From: Octopus bimaculoides
Lineage: Eukaryota
DNA: 52,526 nt
Reading direction: 5' to 3'
Assembly: GCF_001194135.2 (NCBI RefSeq)
Contig: NC_068999.1
Location: forward strand, 53,318,683 to 53,371,208
The notes beneath the pieces were generated by a model. That model was not told the origin of the DNA. It saw nothing but the letters and a program-made list of their open reading frames with translations, and searched no databases. The translations under genes and the position numbers were made by a program. Of this stretch, positions 12,937-26,191 are shown piece by piece. The stretch's first letter is position 1. The number at the start of each line of letters is the position of its first letter.

Positions 12937-14720
12937 AAACTGTAGAGCATTTCCTTGCTAGTTCGGATCTTCATTAAGAATTGAGATTAGTGTTATCCAA
13001 TAGACTGAACCTAAAGTCCAAATTGCAAAACTTGTGAGATACAAGAATTGGAGTAAAATCAACCAGGAGTAAATTACAGGTCAATCTGTTCAGAAGTGTA
13101 CTTACAGATCATTTTGTGCTCTTAATGTTCTTGAACACTTCGAAGTTTGATGTATTGTTTGCAATGCCTCAGTTTTTATTCCTATATTTTGTTACAAAGC
13201 CTTGCACTTCTGTTCATTTGGAACAGAATGCTTTCTACAAGATGAGCACTTTCAGACTTTGTACTCCATAGGCCGTGAGTTCAATATCATACTTCAGGTG
13301 TTCTGTTGACTTTGCAACAAGACACTTAATTCTGCCTTAATTTTTCCTAACCGGCGAATTTTCTTTGCTGATGAATTTACCTGCCGTGAGACTAACATCT
13401 TATTTTGATGGGTTTTTAATCATCAGTTTAACGATATGGGAATAGAAACCAGATTTTCTATCTCGTTTAGACATTTTTGCAGTTTCGATTGGAAGTTCTA
13501 AAAACTTTGTCACAGCCACACTGCAATAAATTGTGGAGATCGTGCATAGTATTACAGTGTAACAGCTTGTTCTCGCGACTGTTACGCTTGGTGAACTTTT
13601 GGGAGTCAAGCGAGACAATACTGGATTGTTGGTTGGTTCTTAATACCTGTATTAACTTTCAAGAATAAATTGGATGATATTCAGTAGATGGCAAATCTAC
13701 TTGAGTTATTTGAGAGAATGTGGTTTTCATTGACTACAGATTTAAAGGCACTTTCAAGTTTCTTATCACATTTATATGAATCTAGTTGTTTGATCCAAGT
13801 CGGATTTGAACCTAGCATAGGAAACCTGCGAGAAATTTAATGATGCTGTTCCCACAGCCATTTGGATGATCGTAGCGCCAGTAGCGTGATACGAACTGTA
13901 GACGTGTCTACCGCCACATTCCCATACTGTAATTTTACTCAGCTATTGTATACAAAAGATACTCTCAACGCCTCCGTTCCCCCCCCACACACCCTCTCTT
14001 TTTCTTTCTGATCTGGAAGGTCAACTGGTACTCCGAGTTGAGTGTTACGTCTTCCGCTGTATACTTAAGGAGCCAAGTGTTTTAAAGCAAGGCAAAGTAC
14101 TGGCTCTTCAAGGCGGAAGTGACCCACATTTTGTACCAAACCAAGTCACGAACCAGATTTTGTTTCCCTGCCTTTAGCCAGAAATTATAAACACCAAAGA
14201 TGAGACCGAGAGCAAGAGGTAAAATTCTTAATAAGACCCAATTTGTTGTTGCTTAATTTACAAAATTAATAACCTATCCAACCTACATACCATACAACCT
14301 TCTTCCATATGTTTTTTTTTTTATGACAGAGATCACTTATTCTCGTTTCTAGACGCATACAACTATATTTTAGCCTCTTCAGATGTGTAGGAGTGAAGTT
14401 GTGATAAAAAACTGGGAGTCTGTTATAAAGATCTGTAAAAAAAAAAAGTTTTACCTCTTAGAAACTAGGGTATAGCTTTAAGTCCACTGGAATGGGCCTC
14501 ACAGGAAATGTCAAGCTTTTAGTGGTAATTGCATCAATTATAAGCAATCAGTGTAAATAATTGCTTATTTATCAGAGCTGCTTCATCTAAAGGTGGGGGA
14601 TAAAGGGGAAAATACATTGCTTTATTCATTTTATTTTTTATTTTTACACATTTGAGACTGGAATTTGGAAAGAGGGCGGTAAATGCTCTTTCTAGCCTGG
14701 TTTTGTTTTTTTTTTTTTGT

Positions 14721-14730
14721 NNNNNNNNNN
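14721..14730. other. Assembly gap (10 N inside a poly-T tract)
   Basis: Ns. Confidence 1.
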
Positions 14731-15787
14731 TTTTTTTTTTTTTTTGTTTTGTCTTATGCTGGAGGGGTTGTTAATTTTTTTCTTTCCCTAAAACTTGTTC
14801 TGGTTTCATTGCCATTGTCTTTCACCCACTGTCCTTTCCATTTTTCAGTCCCTTTAAAACCTCTCCTATAACTATATTCAGTAGTCCTGTTAATTTCGCT
14901 TAAGGAACTATGAATGCCAAACGATGATAGACCACAGCCCTACTAGATTTCTATCTAAAATCCATTAGTGTCTTTTACTGTTAACCAAATTGGAAAAGAA
15001 AAAATAGAATTTCGGTCTTCTCGAAACTGAGGGGGTTTTTTTCTATTTTTCTACGGGAATTTGACAGTCTTTTTCCTGCCTTCTAATATAATACATCTAC
15101 ATTTAGTGGAACCATTTTATTTTCAGTTTCAAAGAAGGAACTTTGGTTAGAATTGACGATTTGACCTTTTAGAAGTCAAATTCTACTTTTTCGAAGAATT
15201 ATTTAAAAAGAAAGGGATATCGGTTTTCGTCTGGTTTTCTGAATTTATGGCACTGACAAAATGAGTTTTAGTTTTTTTGTTTTTTTTTCATGCTAACATG
15301 GGTTTATAAATTGACTTCATATCTGACGTGATTGAGCAGTTCCTATAACCAAAGGAATTCTAGATGTGATCATCTGTCCCTCCCCCAAACCCTAGACAAT
15401 GGAATCTAGTATGCTATCCATTCAGTTCCTTCTTTAAGGCAGTGGCGTCTGGTCTGGTATACGACAAATTTCTAGCAGTACGAGCTACCTCGTAGGGACT
15501 CCGGATCTTTTCAGTTTCCCATAGCCTATCCGATTATTTTGAAACTCAGCATAAATGTAATCTTTAACGCTAATTATGAAAATTATAATCATTTGGGGAC
15601 AGAAGTTGAACTTTATGAATTGAAAATTTTTAGGAATTTCAGTCAATCCGATGCGTTCATTTCCGGCTCACCAGAAGTCGTAACTGCCGGGTTTACTCGC
15701 CATTTGTCTTTACTTTAGAAGACCCGTTTGTCTCGCAGTTTTTTTACTCGTATCTTTAATAATTCATTATTTTGTGAGAAAGTAATA

Positions 15788-16782
15788 NNNNNNNNNNNNN
15801 NNNNNNNNNNNNNNNNNNNNNNNNNNNNNNNNNNNNNNNNNNNNNNNNNNNNNNNNNNNNNNNNNNNNNNNNNNNNNNNNNNNNNNNNNNNNNNNNNNNN
15901 NNNNNNNNNNNNNNNNNNNNNNNNNNNNNNNNNNNNNNNNNNNNNNNNNNNNNNNNNNNNNNNNNNNNNNNNNNNNNNNNNNNNNNNNNNNNNNNNNNNN
16001 NNNNNNNNNNNNNNNNNNNNNNNNNNNNNNNNNNNNNNNNNNNNNNNNNNNNNNNNNNNNNNNNNNNNNNNNNNNNNNNNNNNNNNNNNNNNNNNNNNNN
16101 NNNNNNNNNNNNNNNNNNNNNNNNNNNNNNNNNNNNNNNNNNNNNNNNNNNNNNNNNNNNNNNNNNNNNNNNNNNNNNNNNNNNNNNNNNNNNNNNNNNN
16201 NNNNNNNNNNNNNNNNNNNNNNNNNNNNNNNNNNNNNNNNNNNNNNNNNNNNNNNNNNNNNNNNNNNNNNNNNNNNNNNNNNNNNNNNNNNNNNNNNNNN
16301 NNNNNNNNNNNNNNNNNNNNNNNNNNNNNNNNNNNNNNNNNNNNNNNNNNNNNNNNNNNNNNNNNNNNNNNNNNNNNNNNNNNNNNNNNNNNNNNNNNNN
16401 NNNNNNNNNNNNNNNNNNNNNNNNNNNNNNNNNNNNNNNNNNNNNNNNNNNNNNNNNNNNNNNNNNNNNNNNNNNNNNNNNNNNNNNNNNNNNNNNNNNN
16501 NNNNNNNNNNNNNNNNNNNNNNNNNNNNNNNNNNNNNNNNNNNNNNNNNNNNNNNNNNNNNNNNNNNNNNNNNNNNNNNNNNNNNNNNNNNNNNNNNNNN
16601 NNNNNNNNNNNNNNNNNNNNNNNNNNNNNNNNNNNNNNNNNNNNNNNNNNNNNNNNNNNNNNNNNNNNNNNNNNNNNNNNNNNNNNNNNNNNNNNNNNNN
16701 NNNNNNNNNNNNNNNNNNNNNNNNNNNNNNNNNNNNNNNNNNNNNNNNNNNNNNNNNNNNNNNNNNNNNNNNNNNNNNNNNN
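15788..16782. other. Assembly gap (N run)
   Basis: Ns. Confidence 1.
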
Positions 16783-17069
16783 AATAGTGAATCATACTGA
16801 AGGCAAACTCTAAGATTCTGAGTAATATCGACAGAAGTTATCCTAACGGTTTTTGTTTCATTTGAATATCTGAATGCTTTAACTTTTCTGTGATAGCTTT
16901 TCGGTGATAATTCTTAAGATCTAGAATAAGTTCAATCCTGCTGATATATAAACTCTCAAAAGCTAAAAGACATGATTGTATGGTTGAGAAGTTCGCTTTG
17001 CAACTGCGTAGTTTTTGGTTCAGTTCCACTGCGTTGTGCTTCAACTCCGACCGAGCTTGATTGAAAATT

Positions 17070-17281
17070 CACAGAAACCCCATTGTGTGCGCGGGCGCGT
17101 GTGTTTGTTCATGGCTCACCGCTTGCGAGCCATTGTTGGTTTGTTTATATCCCCCGTAACTACAAAGATCGGCAGAAGGAAACTAAAAGAATAAGTACTA
17201 CACTTAAAAGTAGGGGTATCTATTTGATCGGCTAAACCCTTCGAATTGGTATCCTAGGACAGCTGCAATCCAATGGTTGAA
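17070..17281 (+). mobile_element. SINE family C, 3' half, degraded
   Basis: ccgcttgcgagcc...tccccc gtaact...agaataagtacta...tttgatcggctaaa...gctgcaatccaatgg. Confidence 0.55.
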
Positions 17282-18820
17282 TCCTCTGTGTGTGTGTATT
17301 GATTATATAATCACTCACTAACAGACTACAACGAATCTATAGAATTTAAAGCTGGGACGAATTTCAATCGCTTGCATTATGGTTCTAATAAATCATTACG
17401 TACTTTTTTAATTTGCAATTGTGGTATAGAAGTATTTCGGATTACAAATGCGATGATTAAATTTTAACGAGATAAGTTTAAAGCTTCAGTGAACCGGCTC
17501 AACCAAACTAAATTTAATATACAATAGCGAACTTGTTGGATTTTATTGTTCACTTGGTGGCTTAGGTCATGACATAAAGAAATGAGTCAGTCAACATTGG
17601 GCTTTAGCACATTTTGCCAATGCAGGATTGGTAGATGTTTTCTTGTGCTGACTGGAAAAGCATAACAATAGCAGCTTCGTGATTTTATGACTAATAAAGT
17701 TTCAACAGCTAAAATAGTCTATTTACTGGTTAAAGGCCAACGTCTCTTTCCAATTTCAAAAGGTTATCTGAAAATCATTGATCAGCTTTAAATATTGAAA
17801 TTCCAGCTATAATGCAAATTGGTTGGTTAAATCATTGATTAGCCCCCAACATTATCCAGCCACAGGACCTATTTCGTAACTCGACCTGCTGGAAATAACT
17901 GCCAAACCGCCCTCATATCACAGCGTCTTGAACAAATAATCACTAATTGGGTTTGAGATTATGTAAGTTTATAATACAGTTTCGGAATGTTTCAATATAA
18001 TCGTCGAATGAACAACAACAGATAGTAGATTAACTGCTAAGGTATGATGCCTCATTTAACGAATATCTTTAGCAGCCTTATGTTGATTCAAAAGTATTTT
18101 TTTGTAAAAGAAATAAACTGTATAAAAACAAAAATGCTGAACTTATAATTCAGGAATTTGTGTGTGGTTAAAAGGTTGAACCAAACGTTTTGCAACAGCA
18201 ATGAGTCTGTCCATGGGAAAGGCATAACGGCTGAGTCAATTAAAGTTCATACAGTACTCTATCAAGTAGTCGGGGCGAAGTAGTCGTTGAAACATTAGCT
18301 CCGACAGTATGAAAATGTCCAAATTTCATAAATGCAGTCAAATGTTTAAGCAGTTGACCCCAAATGTCAAGGTTCTAGATCACATTCCACAAATTGCAAT
18401 CTCTCTGACAGTTTTTTTTACCGCCATAGCAGGAAATAAGCAGTATTTTTTATTTAACTAGAGAGGCTTTTGAACAAGATTCAGCTGTTGTGAATGAATA
18501 TATGTGCAAATCTATATAACAAGCTACTATTCATTAAAATATATAAATAACCATTAAAACGATATGGTTAATGGTATATTCCCAACAAAGGATTTATTGA
18601 TTGAATAAATACTTGAGATTAGATCAATATGTTGGTTGAATAACCGCCCAGGTTCTCACATTGCAGATGTTTATGCCTAAATGCTTTTCATACAAATTAT
18701 TGATATCATGATGTATCTAATAAGTCAGTATATTCGATTCTTATAAAGTCTCCTTCATATTATCACTGTAAATTTCTCTTCGTGAAGGCTACTAGGTGGT
18801 GAAAGACTTTGACGGTGCGG

Positions 18821-19030
18821 TTTTGTCAGAATGACCTTCTCAAAAATATCGTTCAACACGGTTTCTTATCAAAAATCTTAAATTATCAATTAAATTTACT
18901 AAAACCCAAAGACATTTAGAATGACTACTTTTTGTCAGAATGACCTTCTTCCCAAAATACCTTTTCAGCAAGGCTTCTTATCAAGAATCTTGCAAGAAAT
19001 TGTTTAGATTTATTAAAATCCAAAGACAAT
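18821..19030 (+). repeat. Two-unit tandem duplication, period about 109 bp
   Basis: ttttgtcagaatgaccttct at 18821 and 18930; each is followed by ttcttatcaa.aatctt and ccaaagaca. Confidence 0.8.
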
Positions 19031-20648
19031 AAAACTTAAGGGTTATTAATTAAATGTAGGTTCTCATTGCCTTTTACATTGATTTCCATAAAGTTTTAAT
19101 AAGCGTTTTACCAATCTGTAATGTAGATGATTTCAGAATGGATTTGATTCCTTCTAATAACTCCAAGAATCGAAGGTTCCTTTTGACATGTAAACAAATG
19201 CTGACGGCGACTATCTTCTGGCAAAACACTTGAGCAAATAATGCAATACTCTCTTCTATCGCTGATATTCTTAAATTGTGCTTTATAGTGATATCTGCTT
19301 ACGATCTTAGTCATTCAAGCAAGTGGTGGTAGGGGTGATTCGTTTTCTGAAGTTTGGATTAGTTTCAGGAATGTTTTTATTGTTTGTAATAATGGCAAAC
19401 TTTTACGCGGATGTAAGGTACAAAGTATGAGTGCTCAACAAGCATTATTTTTGCATATGTGTCATTAAAATTAACAATAACACATACTTTAAAATGGCTT
19501 TAAGATATCTTTTCATAATTTTAGAAATGGATTTCGTTCCTTGAGCAGCAGATTGCTTAGATTTAGACAAATTCGATAGTAAAAGGAGCGCCAGTATATT
19601 TGTATTAAGCCAATAAATTCATAATTAAAATTACATCCTTAATAATTAAGAATTCTTTTCATCTTGTCTTTAGCCGAAAATTTATCATGAATCATTAGTC
19701 AGAATATTTCCTTCCGAAAGAGTTGTTTCATTAATTAACATGTTTTCTCATCTGTCTGGCAGTTAATTTACAGCAAAGCTCAATATAAATTATCTTCGAT
19801 TTTAAAACATTGGAGTTTTCATCTCCATTCACAGAAAGGTTTAATCTTCTATTTCTTTCTCCTCTTAGTTTCAAAGTCACACGCTGAAATGCATCAAGAT
19901 TGCGATTGGCGGGAAAAAGAGACATTTGTGTAAAAGTTTACTTCGTCAGCTTTGACGATGACCTATTTCGAGTAATTTCTATTGCCGTCGGAATATGATA
20001 CTTTAGATTATAAAAAAAAAATATTTTTACATGTTTTCTTACACCCCTTACTAGCATGTGTAGAGTGGCTCTTTGAGAATGTCGGTAACTACTATTCGAA
20101 TTATTGGAACAAGTGTTTTTGCAGCTGGACGTCTGTCCGGTTTCCTACTGTTCAATCGCTCAACCATGAAGTGGCAGTGACGTTGTTCTTCCACTCTAGA
20201 ACATAAGGGGGCACGATCCCCAAGAGAACCTCTATTCGTAGCTAGGCCTGGTAGAAATAACAGCTAAATCTCTCTCAAATCCTGTCTTACTGTCTGAAAA
20301 GGACATATTGTACACAATTACCATTGCAGGAATATCTTTCATCATAGATTTAATCAATCAGTAGACTTGGAATTATAAACACCAATCATAGGACAACTAA
20401 GTATCTTTTGCGTGGTCGTTCTACCAGCAAGAAATAGTAATGAAAATTAAAGTGAAAGCTCTACTGCCTTGGGAAGGAATACATTAAATGTAGTTCCTAG
20501 AAAAGAGATGGCCATGGCTTGAATTAATTTGATCGTTGATCTAAATCAATAACGGTTCATATTTTGAGCCAACAAGGAAGTCTTTATTAAGTCGTTCGAC
20601 AAACTATAAGTCGAATCTCCCTCTAGCCACTCTTGATTTGTTTGGGAC

Positions 20649-20949
20649 AGGCATAGACATGTGGTTAAGATGCTCGCTTTGCAACACGTGGTTTCGAGTT
20701 CAGTCTCATTGCGCGGCACTTTGGGTGCCTTCTACTACAGCCCCTGACCGACCAATACCACGTGTGTTGTTGTTAGCCACCACTTCACAACCGGTGTTTG
20801 TTTGCGCTCCACCACCGAAACTTAACAGTTCGGTAAATGACACTGATAGAATAAGTATACGACATTAAAAAATAATACTGGGGTCGATTGTTCGGCTAAA
20901 TCCTTCAAGACGGTGCCCCAGCATGGCCGCAGTCTGAAACCAGTAAAAG
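20649..20949 (+). mobile_element. SINE family C (long tRNA-headed element), degraded full-length
   Basis: gtggttaagatgctcgc...gagttcagtc...ggcactttgggtgccttctactacagcc head; gatagaataagta...ggggtcgattgttcggctaaa...gcatggccgcagtc...aaaccagtaaaag tail; collinear with 23278-23567. Confidence 0.75.
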
Positions 20950-22054
20950 TTATCCCTGGGGATATTTGTATATCCTTAACAAACAAAAAGACACAAATGG
21001 ACTTTCTTTTTTGTTGTTGTTTTTACCGTAGATCTGCTCGGTTCGATTAGTATTGAGCTTTGATACAAAGATACTTCCTTAAATTACTTCCCGTTTTTCA
21101 AAGCTTAAAACTGGGATTAGAAGTAATTTTCCATGGATTAATCAAACCTTCAAATCAGAACTCGAGCATAAGAGCAATTTCCAACAGCAGAGAAGTCCCT
21201 ACGTTTTATTGACTTTATTCTTTGCCTCCTCTCTTTCTCTCCCCTTTCCATTACTATTGGTGCAGCCTTAAGTTAGAGAATATATCTTGGCTGCAAATAG
21301 GTTCGGCTGTTTAGATTTTCCCATGGATAAAACGCTAGTCTACTAGTTTTAAACGAACGGTAAATGTTTACAAAACTATTTATAGTTGAATTCATTTACC
21401 ACCCGTTTTTTTGTTTTTGTTTTTTTTTATGAATACGGTGAAGTGCAAGTGATGTTAAGCATCGAACCGTCTCCTTACTACCAGTAATTTGGTTGGCGCC
21501 GACTTTCCAAGCTTTACGTTGGCATATGAGATTTTGAACTTCTCTATAATTATCACTTAATACATTCAACTATTTTGTATTCATTTTGAAATTAAAGAAA
21601 TAACTTTAACCTCAAAACAAGGAAACTCTAACTGAAATCTTGATACAATTTCTAAATGAGTAAAACAAGATATTCTGCCACCACCAGTATCGTATCTTAC
21701 AGGCCGTTTCATTTCGTTTATTTTTGCTGATGTTTTGGAGCTAAAATTATTTCCTGTACACTTGGACTGTCGTGATATTTTTTCTCATTTTGTAATATTG
21801 GGCTTGTTGCTCTTATGATTTTAAAGTTTTCGTAGTTTATTCATTAAACATTGGCTGAGGGGCATGGTTAAACCTTTTGATTACTCTTACTCTTGCCTTT
21901 TCAATGTCAATAAGTGCTTTCTAAGCATTTTTTTGGAGTTCTGACTGCATTCGATATTCACCGTGATATACTTGTCAGAATTAGAAAAATGGACAGCTTA
22001 TCTTGAAACGTTGAAAACACTAATTCGACTTTTTGAACATACAAAGTACAAACA

Positions 22055-22190
22055 CGAGTTTTGTAGTTGGAAGATTTGTATCCCAACTACATGGTTTCGA
22101 GATAGAATTACCACGAGGTACATTGGATGTCTTTTACTGTCGTCTCCAGTTAACCAATGTCTTGCAAATGGAATTTGGTCTGCAGAAACA
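22055..22190 (+). mobile_element. SINE family C, 5' part, degraded
   Basis: tcccaactacatggtttcgag...tgtcttttactg...aaccaatgtcttgcaaatggaatttggt...gaaac. Confidence 0.6.
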
Positions 22191-23277
22191 CAGATACGTG
22201 CTTCCAGAGAAATAGTTCGATAAAACACCCAGTGGGTACAGAATCGATATGATGGATTAAGCCCGCGAAGGTGGTGCTCTAGCATGGTCTTATTCCAATA
22301 AAATAAACGTGCGTTTAATCAAAAGTTATTTTTAAAATAAAATTCAAATATAAAAACAATTATATTAACCTTCATTAGCAAACAATATATAATCCATATA
22401 TCTATACTCAAAACCTTACAAGTATATAAAGTAGTAAATGTGTGGACCTACAAAGATGAGAAAACATGTTCAATAGTGTTGTATATTCATTCGAGGCGGA
22501 TGATTCACTCCAGTGCTGCTTGGTTTATCGTTCTTTGTTTGTTCGTTCAGGCGACAAAGCAAAAAAAGTAAGATCCGAGTATCAAATCGTCCGCTTCGAA
22601 GCATTATCTTGGTATTCAAATTTACTTCAGTTTTTTTTTGTGTGTCGTACCAATTGAATAAAATAACGGCCTAACCGCTAGTTAATTAACTCTAGCTTTG
22701 TCAATGTTAAAATACTGTATTCCATAGATAAGTTTTAAATGCAAAAGGAAAAAAGAAAAACTATTTTAGCGAAGATATCTATTAACCATTTTAACGTTTG
22801 GCTGCAAGTTGGGATTTGATATTTGATCCATTCTACCGGTGATGGTGGGGGTGGATAGCTCCTTGCAGATTTCAATTACATTCCTTTCAAACATCTGCTA
22901 AAAATTTAAATTCTTCTGCGATACTGAATTCAATTATTCTAAATGCTTAATCCACTATATTAAATTTAAACGGTTTATTCTTCCTACGTTCAAAAAGGAC
23001 GGCTTGCATCTTGGATGGCATAGAAATTGGTGTGTCATATACGTTGAGAGGTTGACTGTTTTTAACATAGCTTCCCAGGAGCCAACCAACTATTGGTACT
23101 GTAGAATAAATCCCTTTATATCGGTGCTCCGCAACCTTTTTCACTTGGGATGCATTTATATTCTTTTCAAAATTCGGCGGCACACTTGAACTAAATAAAA
23201 AATAACTAAAAGTATTGAGAAAAAGCTGACATTCAGGTTTCACTGCGGCAAACCAGTTGCGGAGCGCTGCTTTGTGT

Positions 23278-23567
23278 GTAGAGGCATGGACCTATGGTTA
23301 AGCTCTCTTCAGACACGTATTGTGCGGTCTTAAGTCGAATTGTTGCTCCGGACCGACTAACGCTTTGTAAGGGAATATCTAATGTCTGTGTGTGCGTTTC
23401 TTTGCCTCCACTTCTTGGTTATTGTTGGTTCACGTCCCCGTTAACGTAGCAGTTCGACAAAAAGTTCGATAGATTAGGCAAGGTTTAAAATAAGCAATGG
23501 AGTTTTGTTCGGCTAAACTCTTCAAGGTTGTCCCCCTGTTTGACCACAGTCCAATGGCAAGTAAAAG
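23278..23567 (+). mobile_element. SINE family C, degraded full-length
   Basis: atggttaag head, ggaccgactaacgctttgt, cacgtccccgttaacgtagcagttcg, ttgttcggctaaa, gaccacagtccaatggcaagtaaaag. Confidence 0.65.
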
Positions 23568-24348
23568 AATAACATATGTAGACTGGTACAAATGTCATCC
23601 TTAAAGCGCCACTTGATTTTTTACAGCAACACTGTAAACTTAGCAAAACTCCCGCTAAACTCATTCGGTTTAATCTCTTATCAGACTCCCCGCCTCCTTC
23701 TCCAACCACAGCCTAAACAGCTAACACAATCTGACCTGCCACTCCCAGTTGTAGAATTCTCTTTGGTCTCAGACCGACATATAATAATAGCATAATTGCA
23801 CGTTTCACTCCTTACTGTAATGTTACTCCATATAAGTCGTCAACACTGCTTCGTGGTTTTTTGTTCATTCATTAACAATATGTGTTCAATCCCCACCGAG
23901 GTCAACATAGTATAACTCAATCTGTCGCATGGCTTAAGATTGTTTTCAGCTTAGCTTGTTGCCATATTACAAGGAATGTGAAATTGAAGTGAATGAGCAG
24001 CGATGACAGTCCTCGGAAATACGAAAGAGCCTGTTACGAGAGATTGCTCAATTACGGAATGGAACTTATTGGCTTTCCTTGGAACTTACCACCACAGTGC
24101 AGATGTACAGCAACTTACATCTTCTTATCCATGTATGGTTGCTGGGGTAGATGTGTGTGCATGCATGTCATCGAATTGAATCGATAATCCCAACGCTTTT
24201 TTTCGTTCTCTCCATTTTCGTTTCTTCTCAATCCTTTCTGTCGTCGAGCGTAGGCTCGAAACGTCAGACTTTTTCATTCTTCCCGAACATTAAATTAATA
24301 TACCTGTTGGTCCGTCGCCTGTCTTCGTTTTTTTTTCTTCTGTAAATT

Positions 24349-24351
<3 letters not shown>

Positions 24352-24395
<44 letters not shown>

Positions 24396-24404
24396 CACAC
24401 ACAC
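24352..24404. repeat. (TA)n-(CA)n compound microsatellite
   Basis: Directly visible. Confidence 0.95.
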
Positions 24405-26012
24405 TATATTTCAAATATATATTATATCTAATACAAGAAATTATTTTTAAATATTGAGGAAATATAATTAGAATTTAGAAGCTAATGTTCTACGTCGACA
24501 AAAATCGTTAGTGTATGAGTTTTTAAATATTGAAAATCTGGTTCTAATTGGTCTTTGGTAAGATGTAAGATCAAGCTCTCCTCGTCAGAAAATATAGCAG
24601 CTGGCGTTGGCAATGGCAGGTGAAAAGAAAATAAAAACGTGTTTAGTAGAATATCAACTTTATATTGTCGACATTTCCTTTCCCTTTCTCTAAATTAATC
24701 ACAATCTCCATTTTTTTTTTATTCTTAAAGGAATCGATTATTCTCAATTTGTTATGCTAATGATCCCCCCTCCTGTAATTCTAATTTTTAATGGAATTTA
24801 GCTTATTTTAAAATCAATTCAGTAAAATAAACCGCCGTACATAGCTACTAGGTTCTCTTGCACTGTCGTTTCTGATTTACTAATCCCTTATTGTCATAGC
24901 AACCGTCATTAAATAACAAAATAAACATCTTTATTTTACCTTTTTCGTTTTTTTTTTAAAGGGGGAAAAATTGAATCCTGAAGGTCCTCAAGTGGACTGT
25001 AGAGGTAATGATAGCGGGGGAACAATAGATATAGAACTAGGTTAAAAGTGGAAAGGGGAAGTGTATAGGACTGGTTGCCTGGAGCAGTCCAGAACAAAGA
25101 CTTTGTGTGGGTGCCAGAAGCAATCTGAATCATTTAGAGATTGTGTGTCTGTATAAAGGGGTTATGAAGTGTCAGTAGTCATAGCACTGTGTGTGATGGG
25201 TCGGGAAGATGTACGCTCGTCAAACAATGACATCAACCACTCCCAGTTTTGATTCTGTCTCTCCTGTTCTGCATCCCCAACTGTTAAGCTTGTACTGTTA
25301 AATGACAAAATACAACACAAAAGCTTCCTTAATTCATATAATGTCTATAATAACAGTTCATATATATATGAACTGCGACATTTTTTTTTTTTTATTAAAA
25401 AATGTCTGATAGCATTATACCGAATTTTCTCTAAAAAAGTCATTGAACACAATCTGTGATATTAAACATTAACACCAATTAGACGCATATACAAGAGAAA
25501 CAAACCCATCACTGACTAATATATTGGGACACTGCGTTGATGACATTACTATATAAAAGGCACCAGCCTATCCCTCATCCGAAAAATAATTGTTTTGATA
25601 CAGCCCCTCTGCCTCCTCAAATGATATGCCATGCAAATCAGTAGTAGCTTGGTTCGTGTTAAACAGCTTTGTTGTGCTAGCTCATTTGTTTTCCAATTTC
25701 TTTCCAAAGAAAAAAAAAAAAAGAAAAAACAAATCGGCACAAATTGATTTGATTCAATTCATAGAGAAACACATACACGCGCTTACTTGGTTTCAGCTAC
25801 ACAAACATGTGATTTTTCTTGATTTGTTTTTGTAAAATCAAAATTTTCGTTAAAATTTATATAAAAATGCTCATTCTGTTACCTTATTCGTGACATTCAG
25901 TTTTTAATATTTGCAAGTTACAATTAAGAACCGAATGTAATAATATATTTTAGCGTCCACTTTCCATACTGGCATGGGTTGGACGTACACACAAACTCCA
26001 AACTCAGGGTAA

Positions 26013-26191
26013 TGATTGGTTAGCTCACACTGTCAGCTCTTCCTCCCATCTCTCCCGGCCCTTCACCTTCTCAATCCCCATTTCGCTCTGTGTTTCACTG
26101 CGTTCCCCTCATCTACTTCCTGTTTGTAAAAGGTTTTACTACCTCGTCTGTCTATAAACAAATCGACAAGACGACCACCACGAACTTAGTC
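26013..26191 (+). promoter_or_regulatory. Candidate Pol II promoter motif cluster upstream of the SDR gene
   Basis: TGATTGGT (reverse CCAAT/NF-Y) 26013-26020; ACTTCCTG (ETS core) 26115-26122; TATAAA 26153-26158; Inr-like TTAGTC 26186-26191. Motifs only, no expression data. Confidence 0.25.

Noticed and set aside
15728-16813. Long ORFs spanning N runs (also at about 800-1200, 27.1-27.5 kb, 44.7-45.1 kb and 50.9-51.4 kb)
   Set aside because: Artefacts of assembly gaps translated as X.
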